DNA from: Microgenomates group bacterium Gr01-1014_5
Lineage (GTDB): Bacteria; Patescibacteriota; Microgenomatia; UBA8517; UBA10165
Direction of reading: 5' to 3'
Length of the DNA: 64,000 nt
Assembly (NCBI GenBank): GCA_007376395.1
Contig: VMGE01000001.1
Span: forward strand, 25,635 to 89,634
The translations under genes were made by a program, and so were the position numbers. Under the pieces are notes generated by a model that was not told the DNA's origin, did not search any database, and saw only the letters and a program-made list of their open reading frames with translations. Within the stretch, counting starts at the first letter, position 1. Each line of letters opens with the position of its first letter. Below, piece after piece: positions 56,636 to 64,000 of the stretch.

Positions 56636-58689
56636 TTAGCCCTAAGAGAATCTATCTCCCTTATTCTATCCCTAAACCTAGCTGCTAATTCAAAGTTTAA
56701 GTCCCGGGCGGCGGCATTCATGGCACTGCGCAACTTTGACTGAATCTTTTTCCTGTCTTGCGGAGTCATATCTTCAAAATCAAACTCTTCCAAATTTTCA
56801 ACCACTTGGCGCTCTAAACCGTAAAATAGAGGCGTTTCGTCTGCCTTTTCCCTGTCCACAAGTTTTTCCCGGATTGGTTTTGAAATAGATACTGGCGTAA
56901 TATTATGTTTTTTGTTGTATTCATGCTGTATTTCCCGGCGCCTGGCAACCTCATCCATTGCCCTTTGCATTGACCCTGTGATGTTATCTGCATACATGAT
57001 GACCCTACCTTCTATGTGACGGGCCGCGCGCCCCATAACCTGAACAAGCGCAGTCTCGCTCCGCAAAAATCCTTCCTTGTCCGCGTCTATAATCGCAACC
57101 AGAGAAACTTCCGGAAGATCCAATCCCTCGCGCAAAAGGTTAATGCCGACTAAAACATCATATTTACCCAAACGGAGGTCATCTAAGATGTCTGTACGGT
57201 CTAAGGTAATAATTTCTGAATGTAAATAATGTACTTTAACTCCTTTTTCCTCTAAATAATCAGCCAGGTCTTCTGCCATGCGTTTTGTAAGAGTTGTAAC
57301 CAAGGTTCTTTGATTCTTTTTAACTCTAATATCAATTTCTTTTAGTAAATCCTCAATTTGACCTTTTGTCGGCCGGACGTCTATCTCAGGGTCAGGAATA
57401 CCTGTGGGACGGACTAATTGCTGGACAACATGCTCCCTGGCTTGACCCAATTCCCATTTAGCCGGAGTAGCAGAGTTATAAACGACTTGCGACACGCGCC
57501 TGGTAAATTCATCAAAACGCAAAGGACGGTTGTCAAAAGCCGAAGGAAGACGGAATCCAAAATCTACCAAAGTTTTTTTACGTGCCTGGTCGCCATTATA
57601 CATTCCGCCTATTTGCGGAACAGTCATGTGTGATTCGTCTATAATTACCAAAAACTTGTCTTTGTAGGCTGAGTGAAAATAATCAAGCAGAGTATAAGGG
57701 GGATCTCCGGGTTTCCGGCCGTCAAAATAACGCGAATAGTTCTCAATTCCATTGACGTATCCTACCTCTTCAATCATTTCAAGATCGTAGGTTACCCGTT
57801 TTTCAATACGGTTTGCTTCAATTAACATATTTTTATCCTTAAAGTAGCGAACCTGTTCGCCTAAGTCTTTTTTAATTTTTGGAAAAACATCCTTGTAGGT
57901 TGCAGGATTGGTCATATAATGCTTTGCAGGGTAGATAATTACAATTTTTACTTCTTCCAATACTTTCCCAGTAAGCGGATCAATTTTCTCAATTTTAATT
58001 AGCTTCACACCTCTCAGGTGTAATCGTAAAGCAACGTCTTCGTGCGCGGGAAAAATATCAATTACTTCACCGCGCACACGGAAAGTTCCTCTATAAAACC
58101 CAAAATCGCCACGTTCATACTGGAGTTCCGTGAGACGCTTAAAAATTGCTTCCCGCGGGTTGTCACTGCCAACCTTCAACTCCAAAATAAAATTGCCGTA
58201 TTCTCGCGGAGAGCCGATATTGTAAATACAGGAGACCGAAGCAACAACTATGGCATCTGGTCTGGTTAGTATATTTGTAGTAGCTCGAAGTCTGAGTTTA
58301 TCAATTTCTTTGTTGATGTCAGATTCCTTTTCGATATAGGTATCGGTTGAAGGGATATAGGCCTCTGGCTGGTAGTAATCGTAATAAGAAACAAAGTACG
58401 AAACCGCGTTGTTTGGAAAAAAATCACGCAACTCCTGATAAAGCTGTCCGGCAAGTGTTTTATTGTGAGAGATAATAAGAGCAGGTCTTTGCGTTTTTTC
58501 AATAACGTTAGCCATGGTATAAGTCTTACCAGAGCCTGTAACCCCCAGCAAAACCTGATGCTGAACATCATTTTCTACTCCCAGCACCAATTTCTTAATA
58601 GCATCAGGCTGGTCTCCTGTGGGTTTATAATTCGCGTGAAGCGTGAATTTCAAGCTTTGCTTATATGGAGAATGTACTTTAAAATTCAC
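56632..58689 (-). CDS. uvrB: excinuclease ABC subunit B
   Basis: GVTGSGKT, YYDYYQPEAY, DESH, GINLLREGLD. Confidence 0.97.
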   Translation of the reverse strand: MNFKVHSPYKQSLKFTLHANYKPTGDQPDAIKKLVLGVENDVQHQVLLGVTGSGKTYTMANVIEKTQRPALIISHNKTLAGQLYQELRDFFPNNAVSYFVSYYDYYQPEAYIPSTDTYIEKESDINKEIDKLRLRATTNILTRPDAIVVASVSCIYNIGSPREYGNFILELKVGSDNPREAIFKRLTELQYERGDFGFYRGTFRVRGEVIDIFPAHEDVALRLHLRGVKLIKIEKIDPLTGKVLEEVKIVIIYPAKHYMTNPATYKDVFPKIKKDLGEQVRYFKDKNMLIEANRIEKRVTYDLEMIEEVGYVNGIENYSRYFDGRKPGDPPYTLLDYFHSAYKDKFLVIIDESHMTVPQIGGMYNGDQARKKTLVDFGFRLPSAFDNRPLRFDEFTRRVSQVVYNSATPAKWELGQAREHVVQQLVRPTGIPDPEIDVRPTKGQIEDLLKEIDIRVKKNQRTLVTTLTKRMAEDLADYLEEKGVKVHYLHSEIITLDRTDILDDLRLGKYDVLVGINLLREGLDLPEVSLVAIIDADKEGFLRSETALVQVMGRAARHIEGRVIMYADNITGSMQRAMDEVARRREIQHEYNKKHNITPVSISKPIREKLVDREKADETPLFYGLERQVVENLEEFDFEDMTPQDRKKIQSKLRSAMNAAARDLNFELAARFRDRIREIDSLRAN

Positions 58690-58708
58690 CTGTATATTGT
58701 ATCACAAC

Positions 58709-58724
58709 TACGGGTTTTGTTTGG
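58709..58724 (+). promoter_or_regulatory. putative LexA box (uvrB)
   Basis: TACGG-GTTTTG-TTTGG next to the uvrB -10. Confidence 0.65.
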
Positions 58725-58732
58725 AGAACCGG

Positions 58733-59245
58733 TCACTCCTCTTCCACCGGGGTTGCATCTGAATTAATTGTAAACTTCATCATAATTATATTCCCAGTAT
58801 TGTCTTTTAGGGGTAAATCTTCCTCTGTACCGCCGAAGTCTTCGTCTTTGCTGGTATCCGCATGCAGTATTGAGAAATAAATGTCGCCTTTCATGGCTTG
58901 GGGATCTATATCAAGCACAACAGCTTTATTTTCACCTTTAGACAAGAGTTCTGAGTGTCCTACAACCTCACCGGGCTTTCCGTCTTTTGTCGAATTATGG
59001 ATAACTACAAATCCAGGTTCGGCTAATACCACCAAATCAACAGCGATTGTGTCTCCTCCTTCCTGGCTTTCTACATTAACCGCGTTCCCGCCCACAACCA
59101 CCACGGCCGATGAAGGTTCTTGGTTTGAAATCCTTGGAGATCCTAAAAATGAAGTTTGCTGCGGGTTTCTTGATTGATACCAAAAAACACCACTAGCAAC
59201 GGCAAGAAACGCTACGACAATTATTGCCAAACGGCTTTTTCCCAT
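58733..59245 (-). CDS. membrane-anchored hypothetical protein
   Basis: N-terminal TM; PGFVVIH...GEVVGHS...LHAD. Confidence 0.7.
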   Translation of the reverse strand: MGKSRLAIIVVAFLAVASGVFWYQSRNPQQTSFLGSPRISNQEPSSAVVVVGGNAVNVESQEGGDTIAVDLVVLAEPGFVVIHNSTKDGKPGEVVGHSELLSKGENKAVVLDIDPQAMKGDIYFSILHADTSKDEDFGGTEEDLPLKDNTGNIIMMKFTINSDATPVEEE

Positions 59246-59393
59246 TCTAATTAAGCATAAAGATCAACCACGGTGTTGTCAATATTAGTACTTGATCCCA
59301 CAGGGATCTCGGACTATTTATATGGAATATTGGTCCTTGACCCTATGCTCTAAGCACAGTATCGCGTGCCATTTTTAAGATTAAAATAGGTAC

Positions 59394-59422
59394 TTGACAT
59401 ACGGGTTTTGTTGGGGTAACCT
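59394..59422 (+). promoter_or_regulatory. lexA promoter with putative LexA box in the spacer
   Basis: TTGACA-17-TAACCT; TACGG-GTTTTG-TTGGG at 59400-59415. Confidence 0.7.
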
Positions 59423-59470
59423 GGGTTATCAATTTGAAATTTCAAATTTAAAATTTTAAATTGACTTGGT

Positions 59471-60085
59471 ATGCCGCCTGTAATTTACAAAAGACAAAAA
59501 CAAATATTAGACTTCTTGGCTCAGTATATAGATGCCAACGGCTATGCTCCAACACTAAAACAAATTGCTCAGGCACTCGGGGTTTCATCTTTGGCAACAG
59601 TACACGAACATTTACAAGCTCTTGAGAAAAAGGGGTTAATCCGCCGCAAGAGCGGCACTAGCCGCGGACTAGTACTTACCGAGCACATTCCCCAAATCAG
59701 CCATGGACTGGATGTCCCAATCCTTGGTTTTATCGCTGCTGGCAGTCCCATAGAGCCTTACACAGACCCAAACGCAACTATTTCTATCTCTCCTTCGATG
59801 GTTACCTCAGCCAAACGTGTTTATGTTCTCCAGGTTAGGGGGGAATCGATGATTGAGGATGGGATCTGGGACGGTGATTATGTAGTTGTTGAACAGCAAG
59901 AGGCGGCAGACAACGGCGACATTGTTGTAGCCATGCTTGATAACGGCGCAGCAACTCTAAAACGCTACTTTCGGGAAAGTGACAGAATTAGACTTCAGCC
60001 AGCAAACCGCTCTATGAGTCCTATTTATGCCAAGAGTGTGACCATCCAAGGCAGAGTAGTAGGTCTGATAAGAAAATATCATTAA
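59471..60085 (+). CDS. lexA: SOS repressor LexA
   Basis: N-terminal wHTH; IAAG cleavage site; GESM; TLKR. Confidence 0.95.
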   Translation: MPPVIYKRQKQILDFLAQYIDANGYAPTLKQIAQALGVSSLATVHEHLQALEKKGLIRRKSGTSRGLVLTEHIPQISHGLDVPILGFIAAGSPIEPYTDPNATISISPSMVTSAKRVYVLQVRGESMIEDGIWDGDYVVVEQQEAADNGDIVVAMLDNGAATLKRYFRESDRIRLQPANRSMSPIYAKSVTIQGRVVGLIRKYH

Positions 60086-61332
60086 AGAACCAAGGCTCCG
60101 ACTGCGGCGGCAGAAAGAAGAACCAAGATTGCCACACCGAAAATATTTGAAACAATACCGTTGGTTTTATCACCCATTACAGTCTTTCTGTTAGCTAAAT
60201 CCAGAACAATTAAAATCAAAAATGGGGAAAGTATTCCATATAAAACCCCTGTTATAAAAAGTGCTCTAAATGGAGGTATACCCAAAAAGGTAAAACCTGT
60301 GCCAAGTATAGTTGCCGCCGCAAGAACAGCGTAGAAAATTTTTGATTTCGCAACTGGTGTACTAAAGCCTTCAGACCTGCCGCGGGCTTCCGAAATTGCA
60401 TAAGCCGCCGACCCTGCTAAAACAGGTATTGCCAAAAGTCCTGTACCTACAATTCCCAAAGTAAACAGTAAAAACGAAGCGTCCCCGGCCAATGGTCTTA
60501 GAGCTAATGCCGCTTGCTCGGCAGATTCAAGATTGTGTATTCCTGCCTTATAAAGAGTTGCGGCGACAGTTGTAATAATAAAATACATGACCAGGTTGGA
60601 AAAAACCATGCCAATAGTCACGTCGTGCCCCATAGACCTAAGCTCACCCTTGGAAACAACCTGCACATAACGCCTTCTGTCTATTTCGTCCTTAGACGCT
60701 CTGTCTTCTGCTTCTTCAGACGCTTGCCAAAAAAATAGATAGGGAGAGATCGTAGTACCCAACATAGCTACAATTAACAACAGTGTTTGCCGGTCAAAAC
60801 TAATTGAGGGGATAATGGTGGAATAAAAAACTTGAGCCCAGTCCGGCTTACTAATTATTGCCGCGAATACATAAGCAAGAAGGGAAATAGTTAACCAGCG
60901 GAATATATTAGTTATTTTTCTATAAGAAAAAAATAGCAACAGGATTAAAATAAGCGCACTATAAAATATAGTGATTAATGGAGTACTAAATGGTAATAGA
61001 AGCTGGGTACTTGAAGACATTGCCGCCAAATCCGCACCCACGTTAATTGTATTAGCAATAAACACCGAAGAGGCGACAATCCATAACAATAGCGGCGGGT
61101 AATGCCTTCTCATCGTTCCGATTAATCCGTGTCCAGTCACCATGCCAATCCGCGCGCACATCTCTTGAATTGCAATCATAAAAGGGGTAATAAAAGGGGC
61201 GGTCCAAAGAAGTTTATATCCGCTAAAAGCCCCTGCCTGGGCGTAAATTACGATTCCAGAAGGATCATCGTCAGAAGCTCCGGTAATAAGACCCGGACCT
61301 AAGGATTTGAAAAAATTAACAATCTTTTTCAT
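60082..61332 (-). CDS. NRAMP-family divalent metal transporter
   Basis: LGPGLITGASDDDPSG, GTTISPY. Confidence 0.9.
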   Translation of the reverse strand: MKKIVNFFKSLGPGLITGASDDDPSGIVIYAQAGAFSGYKLLWTAPFITPFMIAIQEMCARIGMVTGHGLIGTMRRHYPPLLLWIVASSVFIANTINVGADLAAMSSSTQLLLPFSTPLITIFYSALILILLLFFSYRKITNIFRWLTISLLAYVFAAIISKPDWAQVFYSTIIPSISFDRQTLLLIVAMLGTTISPYLFFWQASEEAEDRASKDEIDRRRYVQVVSKGELRSMGHDVTIGMVFSNLVMYFIITTVAATLYKAGIHNLESAEQAALALRPLAGDASFLLFTLGIVGTGLLAIPVLAGSAAYAISEARGRSEGFSTPVAKSKIFYAVLAAATILGTGFTFLGIPPFRALFITGVLYGILSPFLILIVLDLANRKTVMGDKTNGIVSNIFGVAILVLLSAAAVGALVL

Positions 61333-62006
61333 TTACCTTTGAAAAACATCTTCTTAACATCTTCAAGAATATTTCCTTTACGCCGCTTGTGATAAAGATA
61401 AGCCAAGAAAGCAATAAAAATGAAAATCAGTAAGCCTTGGATAATAGTCTCTGTTGTACTTAAACCTGACAAAACAGAGTATAGAGCTGAGGCTCCGGTA
61501 TAACCAATATAAAGATAAAACCCATCACGGACTATAGTGCCAAAAAACGTTGAGACCCAAAATATTTTTTTGTTTACTTTCAAAAGACCACAGGCGATTG
61601 AAACTGGAGCGCTTGGTACCATAGGTAGCATACGCACGAAAGTCAGAATAAGTACGTCACGCCAGCTTCCGCTAATATGTTTACCCACAGATTCTATTTC
61701 TTTGTGGGAAACTCCAATATAACGGCCTAATTTAGTCAAGAGAAGATCTTCCAGTTTATCAGAGAAGTAATAAAGCACGCTTGCGCCTAGTACTTTCCCA
61801 AAAGCACCCGCAAAAGCGAGAATTAACAAATAATATAGTGGTTTTTCCTGTACGGAGGCTAGTGTTCCGGTGACTGTCATGACAATTGGAGACGGAATTG
61901 GAGCGATTACTTCTTCGACAAAAGAACCTACAAACGAGAAAAGTTCAAGAGGCAGGCTATCGGCAAAATTTAATAATTGATGCTCTAATTGTGCAGTAAA
62001 CGCCAT
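61329..62006 (-). CDS. DedA/VTT-family membrane protein
   Basis: EEVIAPIPS, RMLPMVP. Confidence 0.85.
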   Translation of the reverse strand: MAFTAQLEHQLLNFADSLPLELFSFVGSFVEEVIAPIPSPIVMTVTGTLASVQEKPLYYLLILAFAGAFGKVLGASVLYYFSDKLEDLLLTKLGRYIGVSHKEIESVGKHISGSWRDVLILTFVRMLPMVPSAPVSIACGLLKVNKKIFWVSTFFGTIVRDGFYLYIGYTGASALYSVLSGLSTTETIIQGLLIFIFIAFLAYLYHKRRKGNILEDVKKMFFKGK

Positions 62007-62043
62007 GTATGAGATATACTTGTAAAAGTGTAAACGATACTAA

Positions 62044-62748
62044 ATGAACAACACAAGTGGTAAGCTTTTTATTGTTTCTACGCCCATTGGCAATCTTGAA
62101 GATATAACGCTAAGAGCATTGTCTACTCTGCGGGAAGCTGATGTTGTCCTAGCAGAAGATACAAGAACTACGGCAAACCTTTTAAGACATTACAACATCC
62201 CCCGTAAAGAAATCATTTCCTTCTTTGAAGGTAATGAGGAAAAGAGACACCCGGAAATTCTTAACCTTCTCGTCTCTGGAAAAAACGTCGCACTTGTTTC
62301 AGAGTCGGGTACTCCTTTAGTATCCGACCCTGGATATAAATTGATTAGAGAATTGGTCAGTGACGGAATTAAAATAGAAACTATTCCCGGACCTACTGCA
62401 CTTGTTGCCGCTCTCGTCGTTTCAGGCTTACCGACAAATTCTTTTTTGTTTTTAGGTTTTTTACCAAAAAAATCCGGTAAAGCTAAAACTATATTGGTAA
62501 ACACAAAGTCCGCGCTATCGGCTCTAAGTCAATGCAAGTCAGTTATTTTATACGAAAGTCCTCATCGAATTGTAAAAACACTTCAATTGATTGAAGATGT
62601 TTACGGAGAAATAGATGTAGTTATTGCCCGAGAATTAACAAAAATCCATGAAGAGGTAAGGAGAGAGAAAGTATCCCAAGCAATCGAGTATTTTACTACC
62701 ACCAAACCAAGAGGCGAGTTCGTACTCTTGTTCTCAATTGAAAATTGA
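62044..62748 (+). CDS. rsmI: 16S rRNA C1402 2'-O-methyltransferase
   Basis: STPIGNLEDITLRA, AEDTR, GTPLVSDPG, YESPHR, RELTK. Confidence 0.95.
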   Translation: MNNTSGKLFIVSTPIGNLEDITLRALSTLREADVVLAEDTRTTANLLRHYNIPRKEIISFFEGNEEKRHPEILNLLVSGKNVALVSESGTPLVSDPGYKLIRELVSDGIKIETIPGPTALVAALVVSGLPTNSFLFLGFLPKKSGKAKTILVNTKSALSALSQCKSVILYESPHRIVKTLQLIEDVYGEIDVVIARELTKIHEEVRREKVSQAIEYFTTTKPRGEFVLLFSIEN

Positions 62749-62765
62749 AAATTTCAAATTGAAAA

Positions 62766-64000
62766 TTATATAAGCGCTCTACCAGTCATGTCGCTAGGTT
62801 GCGGGATGCCTAAAAGTTTTAGAATAGTGGGAGCTACATCTGCTAATATTCCAGACGTAAGCGTATTACCGTTACCTAAAAACATCTCTCCAACGATAGT
62901 AAAAGGTACCGGGTTTGCAGAGTGTTCAGTTTCAGGTTTGCCGTCAATGCTCAACATTTCTTCTGTGTTTCCGTGATCTGCCGTTATAATCACAACTCCT
63001 CCGATAGATTTTACGCTTTGTACAATTTTTCCTAGATTTTTGTCTATAACCTCACAAGCCGTTATTGCTGCTTTTAGATTTCCAGTATGCCCTATCATAT
63101 CCGCGTTAGCAAAATTTAGAACAAAGAGAGAGTATTTATTTTGATTGGTGTTTCCCAGTATTTCTAAAAATGCTGTGGTGATTTCAGAGGCAGACATTTC
63201 TGGTTTCTGGTCATAAGTCGAAACTTTCAGTGAAGGTACAATTTTTCTTTCCTCACCGGAAAAGGGAATCTCGCGTTGTCCATTAAAGTAAAAAGTTACA
63301 AATCTTTCTTTCTCGCTCTCTGCTATTCTTACTTGCCTCAGGCCGTTTTGCGAAATTACACCTCCCAGGGGAAGATTGACTACCGTGGGAGGAAAGGCAA
63401 CCCGTAAATAGCCTAAAGTTGTATTTTCATACTGTGTCATGGTGGCAAAATACATATTTTTAATTTTTTCTCCTCTTTCAAAACCACCAGAGGATACCTG
63501 TGGTGCTAAATGTGTTTTTCTATATTTAATTTCGTAAGGGTCAAAATCAAATGCTTGTTGATTTTCTGTATTGAAATCTTCGAAAACAAACGCGCGGGTT
63601 AATTGCCGTGGCCTGTCTATTCTAAAATTAAAGAAAACAACCGCGTCGTTTTCGGAAATTATTGCTCTTGGAGTACCGTTTTTAGTCATTATTAAGGGTT
63701 CAAGAAATTCGTCAGTGATGCCTTTTTCGTACGATTTTTCTATTTCGGTTTTATATTCAGCGGTTAACAAACCCTCTCCCTGGGTAAGAGCCCTGTAGGC
63801 AGTCTGTGTCCGCTCCCAGCGAAAGTCCCGATCTAAAGGCCAGAAACGCCCCATAATAGATGCAATCGTTCCTACGCCTGTAGTTTGTAGAACATTTTCA
63901 ACCTTCTGAAGATAACTTATTGCCATGTTGGGCGGTGAATCTCTACCGTCTGTAAATAAGTGAAGAAAAACTCTGCTAAAGTTTTGTTGTTTGCAAAGGT
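62766..64000 (-). CDS. gpmI: 2,3-bisphosphoglycerate-independent phosphoglycerate mutase (5' end outside window)
   Basis: HLFTDGRD, NFRIDR, NADMIGHTG, TADHGN. Confidence 0.93.
   Translation of the reverse strand, partial: LCKQQNFSRVFLHLFTDGRDSPPNMAISYLQKVENVLQTTGVGTIASIMGRFWPLDRDFRWERTQTAYRALTQGEGLLTAEYKTEIEKSYEKGITDEFLEPLIMTKNGTPRAIISENDAVVFFNFRIDRPRQLTRAFVFEDFNTENQQAFDFDPYEIKYRKTHLAPQVSSGGFERGEKIKNMYFATMTQYENTTLGYLRVAFPPTVVNLPLGGVISQNGLRQVRIAESEKERFVTFYFNGQREIPFSGEERKIVPSLKVSTYDQKPEMSASEITTAFLEILGNTNQNKYSLFVLNFANADMIGHTGNLKAAITACEVIDKNLGKIVQSVKSIGGVVIITADHGNTEEMLSIDGKPETEHSANPVPFTIVGEMFLGNGNTLTSGILADVAPTILKLLGIPQPSDMTGRALI

Noticed and set aside
53075-58767. Short ORFs opposite uvrA and uvrB (and similar ones opposite virB4, virD4 and SNF2)
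   Set aside because: Antisense or alternative-frame shadows of well-supported genes

Overview
Bacterial chromosome segment, most likely Patescibacteria/CPR (Microgenomates-like). This is inferred from the archaeal/eukaryotic-type DRG GTPase, AAA-wHTH regulator, HTH-LAGLIDADG-like genes beside tRNAs, many orphan ORFs and apparently leaderless genes. It holds 12 intact tRNA genes, several tRNA fragments, and housekeeping genes (dxr, secG, uvrABC, lexA, rsmI, gpmI). A ~23-kb integrative conjugative-type element (14016-37232) sits at the 3' end of tRNA-Gly(GCC). It carries a serine recombinase split by its own att site, a minimal T4SS, an SNF2 plus restriction-modification cluster and a two-gene CBASS-like system. 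The most unusual signals are: (i) three small GIY-YIG genes beside tRNAs, two using the tRNA's T8-A9-G10 as stop codon and preceded by a tRNA fragment broken by a palindrome; (ii) a family of 21-bp palindromic insertions with GTTNA-like flanks in tRNA copies, intergenic DNA and in frame in uvrA; (iii) a complete tRNA-Leu(CAG) nested inside a broken tRNA-Leu; (iv) an unassigned ~280-nt multi-hairpin GNRA RNA with its own promoter. All calls are by eye; no searches were run.
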